Assembly (NCBI GenBank): GCA_934099115.1
Contig: CAKOPK010000003.1
Coordinates: 24,409-88,408, forward strand
Source: an uncultured Bacilli bacterium
Lineage (GTDB): Bacteria; Bacillota_I; Bacilli_A; RF39; UBA660
Direction: 5' to 3'
Length of the DNA stretch: 64,000 bases
The translations under genes and the position numbers were made by a program. The notes under the pieces were generated by a model. It worked only from the letters and a program-made list of their open reading frames with translations. It was not told the DNA's origin and ran no database searches. Positions 9,701 to 19,358 of the stretch are shown here, one piece after another (the stretch's first letter is position 1; every line of letters starts with the position of its first letter).

Positions 9701-10858
9701 TTATAAACCCGCTAGTTCTCTTTTATTTTTAATCGTTTTATTTTCGATAGAAACTCTTTGCACAACAAATAGCATTAATACCACATTCATTGTAAATGAC
9801 CCTCCATAACTAAGTAAAGGAAGAGGTACTCCTGTTAAAGGTATTAAAGCCAAAATACCAAGTAAATTAATCATAATATGCATCAATAAATATAAAAATA
9901 CCCCATATGCTAAAATACTTAATCGCAAATTTTCTGCTTGTTTTGCTATTCTTAAAATACGATATAACATTATCATATAACCAATAATTACAAATGCACC
10001 TACTATAGCTCCCCATTCTTCAACAATAATAGGAAAAATAAAGTCAGTATGACTCTCTGGTAAATATAAATACTTTTGACTAGAATTACCAAGTCCAACT
10101 CCAAATAATCCTCCATTATGAATAGCTATAAATCCATTACATACTTGATATCCAGTATCTTCTGTATATCTACTACAAGGATTTTTAAAATTAAATCTTT
10201 GTAATTGCCTAGAATTTAATAAATCAGTCCCACTATATAAGACAGCTCCTACTAATATTATAATAGCTATCGCTCCTATTTTAATAACCTTTAATAACTC
10301 TTTTTGAACATAAGGAACACTTATAAATATAAAGAAAATAATACCACAAATAATAGCAAATGTTCCAAAATCTGGTTGTAATGCTATTAAAACAGCCACA
10401 AATAAAGAGATAGCTACCGGTACAAAATAAAAAATAATTTTCGTTACTTTTCTTTTTTCTAATCTACTATAAGAAACAGCTAAAAATATAATAATAATAG
10501 ATTTAGCAAATTCACTAGGTTGTAAAGCAAAAGGCCCTATATCATACCAACTTCTAGCATTATTAGTAATTCTACCATATACAAATAAACCAATTAAAGC
10601 TACAGTAATGCCTAAGATTGCAAAAGGAGTAAAATATTTATACTTACTAGTAGGAAATCTAACTACTATTAAAAAACCTATAAAAAATGATGCTAATAAG
10701 AATATAGCTTGTCTTATAAAGAAATGATACTGAGGTACATTATATCTTAAAACAGTAGATACACTAGATGCTGAAAAAATCATAATTAACCCAAAAACGC
10801 TATAAACGAGCATTAATATTAATAATGGTACATCCATCTTTCCAAATATTTTTTTCAA
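9701..10858 (-). CDS. SEDS-family peptidoglycan glycosyltransferase (FtsW/RodA/SpoVE)
   Basis: 385 aa, about 10 TM segments, QPSEFAK and PLPLLSYGGS motifs. Confidence 0.85.
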   Translation of the reverse strand: MKKIFGKMDVPLLILMLVYSVFGLIMIFSASSVSTVLRYNVPQYHFFIRQAIFLLASFFIGFLIVVRFPTSKYKYFTPFAILGITVALIGLFVYGRITNNARSWYDIGPFALQPSEFAKSIIIIFLAVSYSRLEKRKVTKIIFYFVPVAISLFVAVLIALQPDFGTFAIICGIIFFIFISVPYVQKELLKVIKIGAIAIIILVGAVLYSGTDLLNSRQLQRFNFKNPCSRYTEDTGYQVCNGFIAIHNGGLFGVGLGNSSQKYLYLPESHTDFIFPIIVEEWGAIVGAFVIIGYMIMLYRILRIAKQAENLRLSILAYGVFLYLLMHIMINLLGILALIPLTGVPLPLLSYGGSFTMNVVLMLFVVQRVSIENKTIKNKRELAGL

Positions 10859-10990
10859 AGTATCAACTCCTAATCTAATTTTAACATAAAGTTAAAAGCT
10901 TTAAAAGAATTTTTAAAAATTAGGCTTTTTTAATGTCAAAAAGATGCATACATGAGTAAACTATAATAGATACATAAAGGAGGTATATAT

Positions 10991-11170
10991 ATGTATTACT
11001 ATGGAAATAACGGCTATTACGGTGGCGGTTATGGTGGATATCAACCTTGTGGTACTGGATATGCAGGATATACAAGTGGATATGGTATTGGAGCAGCTAT
11101 TTGGATCGTATTATTTATCTTACTTGTAATCATAATTGGTGCTGGTTGGAACTGGTCAAGTAATAATTAG
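10991..11170 (+). CDS. YjcZ-like tiny Gly/Tyr-rich membrane (sporulation) protein, 59 aa
   Basis: Not in ORF track. AAAGGAGG SD 8 nt upstream of the ATG. Translates to MYYYGNNGYYGGGYGGYQPCGTGYAGYTSGYGIGAAIWIVLFILLVIIIGAGWNWSSNN. The G/Y-rich head plus IVLFILLVII tail is the YjcZ-family pattern. Followed by hairpin GGAAGTA-ataaatc-TACTTCC and a T-run. Confidence 0.6.
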   Translation: MYYYGNNGYYGGGYGGYQPCGTGYAGYTSGYGIGAAIWIVLFILLVIIIGAGWNWSSNN

Positions 11171-11182
11171 GAAGTAATAAAT

Positions 11183-11632
11183 CTACTTCCTTTTTCTTAC
11201 TCTAATAAGTTTTTCTCCATAAATAGTCTTATATTTAGAAGCATCTAGCTCTTCTGTAAAAAAATCTTCATAATCTAAACTATCCAATAATAAATCTACT
11301 TGTTTTAAATATTCTATCTTCATAAATTCACTCTTTATAGCAAACTCTAAAACTTGTTCTTGATGATGAAAATTTATATAATCAAGATAAGTACCAAGCC
11401 CTACTGTCTTATCTAAAATAGCCTTTGGTATATCATAAGTACAAATACATCTATCTTTAGAAGCACTCATATAAAGAATATCTCTCTTATTTAAGAAAAA
11501 ATGCATATACAAGTAATCTTTTTCATAATGGTGAGTATTTCCTGCAAAAAATAAACCCCCAACAAATAAAAAATTTTGGTTGTTTAATATATATTCTACT
11601 TCATCTTTATTACAAACTCTATAAACTAGCAT
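11183..11632 (-). CDS. hypothetical protein (149 aa)
   Basis: ORF only. No recognisable motif. Confidence 0.45.
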   Translation of the reverse strand: MLVYRVCNKDEVEYILNNQNFLFVGGLFFAGNTHHYEKDYLYMHFFLNKRDILYMSASKDRCICTYDIPKAILDKTVGLGTYLDYINFHHQEQVLEFAIKSEFMKIEYLKQVDLLLDSLDYEDFFTEELDASKYKTIYGEKLIRVRKRK

Positions 11633-11728
11633 AAAATCATTCCCTTTTAATAGCTTTTTATCTTAGCATAAAGAATTGAAAAAGTAAACGTTTTATGGTA
11701 AAATAAGTCTGATTTAGGAGTGATTAGA

Positions 11729-12280
11729 ATGAAATTACCAAATATAACTATCTTAGATGAAGTAGACCATCGTCTAAGAGAAACAAGTAAAGAAGTTACT
11801 TTCCCTCTATCAAAAGAAGATAAGAAAAATATTGAAGACATGATTTTATATCTTAAAATGAGTCAAATAAAAGAATATGAAGAAAAATATAAACTAAGGC
11901 CAGGCATGGGACTTGCTTATATTCAAATAGGTATTCCCAAAAGAATTTTCGTTATTGTAGAAGAACTTGAAGATGGTTCTTTTAAAGATTATATTGTTAT
12001 TAACCCTAAAATTATTACTCATAGTGAAGAAAAGATTTATGTTGGTGAAGGAGAAGGCTGTTTAAGTATTAATCGTGAAGTAGAAGGCATTGTTCCTAGA
12101 TATGCTCGTGTTACAATAAAAGCTCAAGATATAGATGGCAATCCTTATCAAATTCGTGTTAGAGAAGACATTAGTATTGCTTTCCAGCATGAAATTGACC
12201 ATTTAAATGGAATTTTATTTATAGACCATATAGACTCTAAAAACCCATTTAAAGATGCTGAAATATATAGAGAAATTTAA
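11729..12280 (+). CDS. def: peptide deformylase
   Basis: GMGLAYIQIG, EGCLS and HEIDHLNG motifs. The ORF track starts at GTG 11720, but AGGAG (11716-11720) is 8 nt before ATG 11729. Confidence 0.95.
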   Translation: MKLPNITILDEVDHRLRETSKEVTFPLSKEDKKNIEDMILYLKMSQIKEYEEKYKLRPGMGLAYIQIGIPKRIFVIVEELEDGSFKDYIVINPKIITHSEEKIYVGEGEGCLSINREVEGIVPRYARVTIKAQDIDGNPYQIRVREDISIAFQHEIDHLNGILFIDHIDSKNPFKDAEIYREI

Positions 12281-12304
12281 ATACCGTAAAGGTATTTTTT
12301 TTAA
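12279..12304 (+). terminator. intrinsic terminator of def
   Basis: AATACC-gtaaa-GGTATT followed by TTTTTTT. Confidence 0.6.
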
Positions 12305-12326
12305 ACAAAAAAGCCAAAAATTGGCT
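12305..12326 (-). terminator. intrinsic terminator of smc
   Basis: Minus strand AGCCAA-TTT-TTGGCT followed by TTTTTTG. Overlaps the smc stop. Confidence 0.5.
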
Positions 12327-15270
12327 ATTTCTCTAATTCTTCTAAATTAACACTAACGATTTTACTTACACCACTTTCTTGCATAGTAATACCATATAAT
12401 ACATCTGCATACTCCATAGTTCTCTTTTTATGAGTAATTAAAATAAATTGACTTTTTTCTTTCTTTTCTTGTAAATATTTTCCAAATGTATCTACGTTTG
12501 CCTCATCTAATGCTGCTTCAACTTCATCTAAAATACAAAAAGGACTAGGTTTAACATTTAAAATAGCAAATAAAACAGCGATAGCAGTTAACGTCTTTTC
12601 TCCTCCAGACAATAAAACAATAGAATTTAATTTCTTTCCAGGAGGTTCTGCTTCAATTTCAATTCCTGTATTTAATATATCTTCAGGGTTTGTTAATTTT
12701 AAAGAACCTCTACCACCTTTAAATAATTTACGAAAAACTTCATTAAATTCTTTACTAATCTTATTAAAACTATCTTTAAACTTATCAATCATAATCTTAT
12801 CCATCTCATCAATAATATTTGTTAACTCATTACTAGATGTTTCCAAATCATTACTCTGACTAGTTAAGAAATTATATCTTTCACTTACCCTTTCATATTC
12901 TGCGATAGAACCCGTATTAACATCTCCTAATTTAGCTATTTCTTTCTTTATAGCATCTACTTTTTCTCTAGCATCCTGAAAAGGCATATCAAGTTCATAA
13001 TTAGCACATGCATATTCATAAGTAATCGAATAATTCATAGATAATTCTACTAATAAATTATCTAATTGCACATCATATTTTCCTAATTTTACTTCTTTTT
13101 CTTTTAATTCATTTTGAATACGATTATATTCTGTATTTGCTTTATGATATTTATTTTCAATTTCATTAATTAAAAGAGCCAAATCTGATTTTTGTTTCTT
13201 TAGTTTATCTAATTCATTAAATGTAATTTCTTTTTCACTAGATACAGAACTAGCTTCTTCTAAAATACTGATGAGCTTTTTATCTAATTTATTATCACTC
13301 ATATCACTATTACCTTTAATTTCCATTTCTTTTTTGCTTATTGCATCTTCAAGGCTTCTCATTTTATTTGTTCTAGTATTTAAAATCTCATTTAAATTAA
13401 TTAAACTTTTAGATATTTCATTCCCTTTATTTTCTAATATTTCAAAATTAGAATTTACTCTATCATATTCTTTATTCAAATTTTCAACTTCTAATTTACT
13501 AATCTCAATTTTCTCTATTAATTCATTTAATCTTAATTTATCATTTAAAATTGCGCCCTTTCTACTAGAACCACCCGTAACAGAACCCCCAGAATAAAGA
13601 ATATCTCCTTCTAAAGTAACAATACGATATTTATATTCTAAAATATTACCCAATCTATTTAAAGTATCCATATCATTAACTACTAAAACATTCCCTAATT
13701 GATTTTTCATAATATTGTCATACATCTTATCGTATTCTATTAAAGAACTAGCCACATTTATAAATCCTGGTTCATTCTTAATCTTATTTAAATCACTTTC
13801 TGGAATACTTCTTTCTTTTATAATATCTAAAGGGAAAAATGTCGCTCTTCCTAAATGATTATTTTTTAAAAAATCAATGCACTCCTTAGCTCCATTTAAA
13901 TCATCTACTACTAAAAAGTTATTAGCATTTGCCATAACTGTTTCTATAGCAACTTCATATATCTTATTAGTTTTTATTAAATTACCAATTGTATTATGAA
14001 CTTTTGTTAATCGCATATTATTTAATACACTTCGAACTGCATTTGGCATTTTACTATTATTTTCAATATTACTCTCTAATATTTCTTTTTTATTTTGTAA
14101 AATTAATATTTCTTTATTTAAATTATTAATTTTTGCCATTAATTGATTACGTTCTACTTTACCCGTTATAATCTTATTATCCAGCTCATCTTTTTCAATA
14201 GACTTTTCTTTAATATCACTAATAATATCATCTAATTTAGCTCTCTCTGTTTTCATTTCATTCTTTAAACTTAATTGTTCTTCTTTAAGTTTAATAAGAG
14301 CTTCTTCTATCTTATCTTTATCCGTATCATATTTCTGACGTTCTAAAGTAACCAATTTTTCTGCTTCTAAACTAGCTAAATTTTCTGTTAATTTAACATA
14401 TTCATTATTTTTCTCTGTTATCTGTTCTTCTAATTTTAAATTATCTAATTTTAATTTTTCTAATTTAGAATTATCCTCACAATTTAATTTAGATACTTCT
14501 GCCAGTGTTTTTTCTAAACATTCAACTTCATTCTTAATTTTTTTATAGTCAACATTAATTTTTGCTATATCGCCTGCAATTAAAGCAATCTCTATATTTT
14601 TTAATTCTTCTTTTAGCTCTAAATATTTATGAGCAATTTCACTTTGCTTTTTTAAAGGTTTTACTGTGTTTTCTAACTCATCAATAACCAGTTTTATTCT
14701 AGCTAAATTTTCTTTAGTTTTTTCTAATTTTTTTAAACTTATTTCTTTTCTTTTCTTATATTTTAATACACCAGCTGCATCTTCAAAAATAGTTCTTCTA
14801 GCTTCCGGTTTACTATTAATAATATCTGAAACGCTTCCTTGAGAAATAATATTAAACGAATCATTACCTGCTCCTGTATCTAAAAACAAATCAGTGACAT
14901 CTTTTAATCTTACTTTACTATTATTAATATAATATTCATTTTCTCCAGTATTATATATAACTCTTTTAACCTCAATACTAGTAAAATCACTATTTAAATA
15001 ATGGTCTGTATTATCAAACGTTAAAGCAACATATGCTCTAGTTTGTGGCCCTCTAGTCTTAGAACCAGAAAATATGACATCACTCATAGTATCACTACCA
15101 CGTAGTGATTTTACAGATTGTTCTCCTAAAACCCAACGTACAGCATCTACAATATTACTTTTGCCACTTCCATTGGGACCAACAATCGCTGTTATTCCAT
15201 CCTTTATTTCCAAATCTATCTTATCTGCAAATGATTTAAAACCAAATGCACGTATACTCTTTAAATGCAC
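12325..15270 (-). CDS. smc: chromosome segregation protein SMC
   Basis: 981 aa. N-terminal Walker A GPNGSGKSN, long coiled coils, hinge, C-terminal LSGGEK and ILDEVEAALD. Directly downstream of rnc as in Bacillus. Confidence 0.95.
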   Translation of the reverse strand: MHLKSIRAFGFKSFADKIDLEIKDGITAIVGPNGSGKSNIVDAVRWVLGEQSVKSLRGSDTMSDVIFSGSKTRGPQTRAYVALTFDNTDHYLNSDFTSIEVKRVIYNTGENEYYINNSKVRLKDVTDLFLDTGAGNDSFNIISQGSVSDIINSKPEARRTIFEDAAGVLKYKKRKEISLKKLEKTKENLARIKLVIDELENTVKPLKKQSEIAHKYLELKEELKNIEIALIAGDIAKINVDYKKIKNEVECLEKTLAEVSKLNCEDNSKLEKLKLDNLKLEEQITEKNNEYVKLTENLASLEAEKLVTLERQKYDTDKDKIEEALIKLKEEQLSLKNEMKTERAKLDDIISDIKEKSIEKDELDNKIITGKVERNQLMAKINNLNKEILILQNKKEILESNIENNSKMPNAVRSVLNNMRLTKVHNTIGNLIKTNKIYEVAIETVMANANNFLVVDDLNGAKECIDFLKNNHLGRATFFPLDIIKERSIPESDLNKIKNEPGFINVASSLIEYDKMYDNIMKNQLGNVLVVNDMDTLNRLGNILEYKYRIVTLEGDILYSGGSVTGGSSRKGAILNDKLRLNELIEKIEISKLEVENLNKEYDRVNSNFEILENKGNEISKSLINLNEILNTRTNKMRSLEDAISKKEMEIKGNSDMSDNKLDKKLISILEEASSVSSEKEITFNELDKLKKQKSDLALLINEIENKYHKANTEYNRIQNELKEKEVKLGKYDVQLDNLLVELSMNYSITYEYACANYELDMPFQDAREKVDAIKKEIAKLGDVNTGSIAEYERVSERYNFLTSQSNDLETSSNELTNIIDEMDKIMIDKFKDSFNKISKEFNEVFRKLFKGGRGSLKLTNPEDILNTGIEIEAEPPGKKLNSIVLLSGGEKTLTAIAVLFAILNVKPSPFCILDEVEAALDEANVDTFGKYLQEKKEKSQFILITHKKRTMEYADVLYGITMQESGVSKIVSVNLEELEK

Positions 15271-15286
15271 AACATATCATCCTTTA

Positions 15287-15949
15287 CTATCTCTTTTTTG
15301 CACACTTTTTTAGTGCATCCTCTGCTGCCTTTTGTTCTGCTTCCTTTTTACTCTTACCAACACCAGACCCATAAACAATTCCATCAATAATAACTTCAAA
15401 TTTAAAAGTTTTATCATGACTAGGGCCTATCTCAGAAACTAAACGATATTCCAAAGATTTTTTATCAGTTTGAACCATTTCTTGCAACCTAGATTTAAAA
15501 TCGCCTAAAAATACATGATGTTCTTTAATATATGGCTTTAAAATAGTTAATGCATAATCCTTAGCCACTTGAAAACCTTTATCTAAATAGATAGCTCCTA
15601 AAACGCTTTCAAAACAATCTGCAATAATAGTATCATTAATATTTTTTATTTGACCATTTCCAACTCTAATATGTTTATCAATACCTATATCCTTAGAATA
15701 TTGAGCTAAAGCACTCTCACAAACAAAACTAGCACGTATCTTAGATAGTTCTCCTTCTCCTACATCTAAATGCTTATAAAAATATTCGCTTGAAATTAAT
15801 TGTAATACAGCATCTCCTAAAAATTCTAATCTTTCATAATTAGAACCACCATGCTCATTAGAATAACTACTATGAGTTAAAGCAAGCTCTAATAAATCTT
15901 TATTTTCTATTTTTATATTATACTTTTCTAAAAAATTCATGAATATCAC
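15287..15949 (-). CDS. rnc: ribonuclease III
   Basis: ERLEFLGDAVL signature and a C-terminal dsRBD (GPSHDKTF...GVGKSKKEAEQKAA). Start may be ATG 15940 rather than GTG 15949. Confidence 0.9.
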   Translation of the reverse strand: MIFMNFLEKYNIKIENKDLLELALTHSSYSNEHGGSNYERLEFLGDAVLQLISSEYFYKHLDVGEGELSKIRASFVCESALAQYSKDIGIDKHIRVGNGQIKNINDTIIADCFESVLGAIYLDKGFQVAKDYALTILKPYIKEHHVFLGDFKSRLQEMVQTDKKSLEYRLVSEIGPSHDKTFKFEVIIDGIVYGSGVGKSKKEAEQKAAEDALKKCAKKR

Positions 15950-16016
15950 TCGTTTCTATTCTGTCTTTCTAATTATATCAAATTAACTAAAAAAAATAAA
16001 CACGTTTGTGTCTATT

Positions 16017-16385
16017 TTATATCCATCTTGAAATATATATCTTTCTTGTAGCTCCCTCTTCATATCTTTTAAAGATTCCAATAATGCTTTCTACAATTGA
16101 CCTTAAAATATCTGTTGCACATTTCTTTATCTTTATATTAACTATCTCTTCTTGAAGAGTTTTACGAAAAAAATAATCATCTACATATTTTCCCATAGTT
16201 TTATCTAATTCTTGAGCTCTTAGAGTATCTTCTAAAGAATCAACATTAATCTTAAAAATAAAATCTCTATATATCCTTACTAATTGAATAGATAAAGAAT
16301 CTCCTTCTAAAAATGTAGCATTAGTTATTTTATCAAAATTAGGGCAAAAACTTAATCTTATTTTATTTATTTGCATTTGTTTCAT
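16017..16385 (-). CDS. hypothetical protein (122 aa)
   Basis: ORF only. Confidence 0.4.
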   Translation of the reverse strand: MKQMQINKIRLSFCPNFDKITNATFLEGDSLSIQLVRIYRDFIFKINVDSLEDTLRAQELDKTMGKYVDDYFFRKTLQEEIVNIKIKKCATDILRSIVESIIGIFKRYEEGATRKIYISRWI

Positions 16386-16477
16386 CCTTTACTATTTACT
16401 TTACAATTCCATATTACAACGGATAATTTCATTTGTCAAATACAAATTTAATAAGTATAATAGAAATAGGTGATACA

Positions 16478-17434
16478 ATGAAAAAAACAAAACTTAAAGT
16501 AAGAAAACAAGTCTGGATTGTCTTAGCAACCTTTATCTTAATTATTATTCTAGTTAATGTATTTAATAATATTCATAAGAATAATCTTTATAAGAAAACC
16601 AATGAATATCGTTTAATGCAAGTTGGTTATACTAAAGAAGAAATAAAAGTTTTAGAACAAAATACGAACCAACAATTTATTGATACTCTCTTTGATAATC
16701 ATAAAAATGAAAATATTATCTCATTAATCCAAAACGAATATTATATAAAAGATAATCTTAATCGCTATATAGATTTTCTAAATAAAAACAATACCTCAGC
16801 ACAGGAAGTAATAGCTAGCGTAAACACAAATAATGATTATAATTATTATGAACACAATCTAGACACCGATACATCTCTTGATTGCTTAATGCTAGTGAAT
16901 AAATACTATCATTTAAGCGAAAACTACGAGCCTAATGATTTAGTAAATATTAATAATAAATATTATTATGGAACAGGTCATAAAGTAAGAAAACCAGCAT
17001 ATGAAGCTTTTATAGATTTATGGAATGCTGCAAACCAAGAAGGAATTTATTTAATCATTAATTCTAGTTATAGAGATTATGCTTCCCAATCAAGTGTCTA
17101 CGACAGTTTTAAAAATCAAAAAGGAACAACTTATGCTGATAGTATTGCTGCTCGTCCTGGATATTCTGAACATCAAACCGGATTAGCGATTGATATATTT
17201 AGTAAGGAAAATACAACTTCCAATAACTTTAAAGGTTCAACCGCCCATGTATGGTTACAAAATAATGCTTACAAATATGGCTTTATAGAAAGATATCAAG
17301 AAGGGAAAGAAAAAATAACAGGCTTTGAAGCAGAATCCTGGCATTGGCGTTATGTTGGAGTAGAAACCGCTACTTATATTTACAATCATAACATCACTTT
17401 TGATGAATATTATGCTTACTTTATCGCAAAGTAA
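16478..17434 (+). CDS. D-alanyl-D-alanine carboxypeptidase, VanY/M15B family, membrane anchored
   Basis: SSYRDYASQ, SEHQTGLAIDI and ESWHWRYVG motifs. N-terminal TM. AGGTGA SD precedes ATG 16478 (ORF track starts earlier, at 16433). Confidence 0.8.
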   Translation: MKKTKLKVRKQVWIVLATFILIIILVNVFNNIHKNNLYKKTNEYRLMQVGYTKEEIKVLEQNTNQQFIDTLFDNHKNENIISLIQNEYYIKDNLNRYIDFLNKNNTSAQEVIASVNTNNDYNYYEHNLDTDTSLDCLMLVNKYYHLSENYEPNDLVNINNKYYYGTGHKVRKPAYEAFIDLWNAANQEGIYLIINSSYRDYASQSSVYDSFKNQKGTTYADSIAARPGYSEHQTGLAIDIFSKENTTSNNFKGSTAHVWLQNNAYKYGFIERYQEGKEKITGFEAESWHWRYVGVETATYIYNHNITFDEYYAYFIAK

Positions 17435-17471
17435 GCTTTTTATTTTCTAAAGTCCCCCACTTAATTTTAAC

Positions 17472-17496
17472 AAAAGAAAAAACTCCCAAAGGAGTT
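17472..17496 (-). terminator. intrinsic terminator of the tRNA Lys-Ile-Glu cluster
   Basis: Minus strand AACTCC-TTTG-GGAGTT followed by TTTTCTTTT. Confidence 0.6.
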
Positions 17497-17506
17497 AAAT
17501 ACAATT

Positions 17507-17583
17507 TGGTGACCAGTATGGAATTCGAATCCATGAATGCTGCCGTGAAAGGGCAGTGTGTTAAGCCGCTTCACCAACTGGCC
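17507..17583 (-). tRNA. tRNA-Glu (anticodon UUC)
   Basis: Minus strand GGCCAGTTGGTGAAGCGGCTTAACACACTGCCCTTTCACGGCAGCATTCATGGATTCGAATTCCATACTGGTCACCA. Anticodon loop CUUUCAC. Encoded CCA. Confidence 0.9.
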
Positions 17584-17586
17584 AAA

Positions 17587-17663
<77 letters not shown>

Positions 17664-17677
17664 ATTAAACAAAAAAC

Positions 17678-17753
17678 TGGTGTCCCCTTAGGGATTCGAA
17701 CCCTAGACCCACTGATTAAGAGTCAGTTGCTCTACCAGCTGAGCTAAGGAGAC
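17678..17753 (-). tRNA. tRNA-Lys (anticodon CUU)
   Basis: Minus strand GTCTCCTTAGCTCAGCTGGTAGAGCAACTGACTCTTAATCAGTGGGTCTAGGGTTCGAATCCCTAAGGGGACACCA. Anticodon loop CUCUUAA. Confidence 0.9.
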
Positions 17754-17777
17754 ATCTTTCTTTCAAATTGCTCTTTA

Positions 17778-17805
17778 ATTATAACATAAAAATATGAAAA
17801 GGCAA
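17778..17805 (-). promoter_or_regulatory. promoter of the tRNA cluster
   Basis: Minus strand TTGCCT (17805-17800), 16-nt spacer, TGTTATAAT extended -10 (TATAAT 17783-17778), about 25 nt before the tRNA-Lys 5' end. Confidence 0.6.
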
Positions 17806-17907
17806 TACCCAAATTTCATTTTTTTCCTTTTTTTGCAAATTTTCTTTTAAAGTCCCCTATTTTCATTTTAAATATATAAGAATATATGGTAAAATATTAA
17901 ACATGAG

Positions 17908-18219
17908 GTGAAACAAATGAAAAAATATTATCATTCATTAAATAAAGAACAAAAAAAAGAAATAAAAAAGAAATATCAAGCAAAATATAAAAATACTGAA
18001 TTAAATACTCGTTTAATCCGTCTTATCATACTAGCTATAATTGGCTACATAACTTCTGTTTATCTAATCATCGACTCACTAATAAACGAAACAAATCATA
18101 TAGGAAGTTTTATAATAGCAATCACTCTTATTATTGCATCTACTCTATTCTTAATAGGAAGTATTATAATTAAAATAAACGTTCTAAATAAAATTGCTTT
18201 AAAAGAATATAAAAATTAA
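17908..18219 (+). CDS. hypothetical small membrane protein
   Basis: Lys-rich N-terminus then two TM segments. Start may be ATG 17917. Followed by hairpin AAGCCA-tt-TGGCTT. Confidence 0.45.
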   Translation: MKQMKKYYHSLNKEQKKEIKKKYQAKYKNTELNTRLIRLIILAIIGYITSVYLIIDSLINETNHIGSFIIAITLIIASTLFLIGSIIIKINVLNKIALKEYKN

Positions 18220-18265
18220 AAGCCATTTGGCTTTTTATTTTACAAAAAAAGAAGAGATTAATCTC

Positions 18266-18559
18266 CTACTTTACATGAGAGATTATCTCTTCTATTTCTT
18301 CTTTATTTCTAAAACCAATTACTTTATTTTTTAACTCCCCATTTAGGAAGAAACATATAGTTGGAATACTCATTACCCCAAACTCTCTAGCTAAATCTTC
18401 ATGCATATCAACATTAATTTTTAGAGTATTAGAATGAATGCTCTCTAATACTGGCCCTAACATTTTACAAGGTCCACACCAATCAGCATAAAAATCAACA
18501 ATCCATAACCCATCTTTAATAACTTCGTTAAAATTCTCATCTTCTAAATATTTAATCAT
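18266..18559 (-). CDS. trxA: thioredoxin
   Basis: 97 aa with the WCGPCK active site. Confidence 0.9.
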   Translation of the reverse strand: MIKYLEDENFNEVIKDGLWIVDFYADWCGPCKMLGPVLESIHSNTLKINVDMHEDLAREFGVMSIPTICFFLNGELKNKVIGFRNKEEIEEIISHVK

Positions 18560-19289
18560 TTTGATTATTCTCCTTAAAACTATCTAAAATATTCTGAGCA
18601 CCTGCAAAAGTTAACTTTTTATCATTTATTAACTTTTGAGTACTATCTGTTGTAATAACTTCATACTCTAACATTATACTTAATATTTCCCCATTATATG
18701 CATCTTTATTCATATTTTTAGCATATTTATCTTTTAAAGCATTAATATCTTGTATAGCTTGATAGGTATTATTAACCATCGTTCCAATAATTGGTGTTTT
18801 ATCTACAATGCTATTTGCTAAACTAGATTCACTTACCATCTCACTAGTAGTATTAAACTGTAATAAAACAAATAAAATAATAAAACTTAAAACTATAGCT
18901 TCTAAAAAGCCTAATACTGCTCCTATAATTTTAGAAGGTATTCCAAGAATAATTGTCGCAGCTAAAACACGTTCCATAATTCCTGATATTTTAACAATCA
19001 AAGACAAAATACTAGATAATACTGTAAATACTAAAATATAAGCAATTCCTTCATATAATAAGATATTCATAGTTTGTAACCCATCCCAAGAGCCTTTAAA
19101 ATTTACAAAAGGTGCATACTTAAAGAAAATCTCTGCAACTGGATTTTTTAAATAATAAGATATTACTACTAAAGCTATTAATCCAACTAATGCTACTAAA
19201 CTTCTTATTGCTCCTTTTTTAAAGCCTAATACTGCTCCTGCTAATAAAAATAATATTAAAACAGAATCTACAATCGTCAAATTTATCAT
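18552..19289 (-). CDS. CvpA-family membrane protein
   Basis: The N-terminal pattern IVDSVLILFLLAGAVLGFKKGAIRSLVALVG is typical of CvpA. 4-5 TM segments plus a soluble C-terminal tail. Confidence 0.65.
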   Translation of the reverse strand: MINLTIVDSVLILFLLAGAVLGFKKGAIRSLVALVGLIALVVISYYLKNPVAEIFFKYAPFVNFKGSWDGLQTMNILLYEGIAYILVFTVLSSILSLIVKISGIMERVLAATIILGIPSKIIGAVLGFLEAIVLSFIILFVLLQFNTTSEMVSESSLANSIVDKTPIIGTMVNNTYQAIQDINALKDKYAKNMNKDAYNGEILSIMLEYEVITTDSTQKLINDKKLTFAGAQNILDSFKENNQND

Positions 19290-19358
19290 CTCCTTTTATA
19301 ATTATATACTAAAGTTTTTGAAAAATAAAGTAATATATGTTATTATAAATAAAAAGAG

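Noticed and set aside
13271-13597. 108-aa plus-strand ORF inside smc. The same class applies to 15074-15313, 11647-11841, 8886-9170 and 9242-9454.
   Set aside because: It is antisense to, or out of frame within, a well-supported long gene. It is Leu/Ser/Phe/Ile-rich, low-complexity translation typical of AT-rich antisense frames, and it has no SD.
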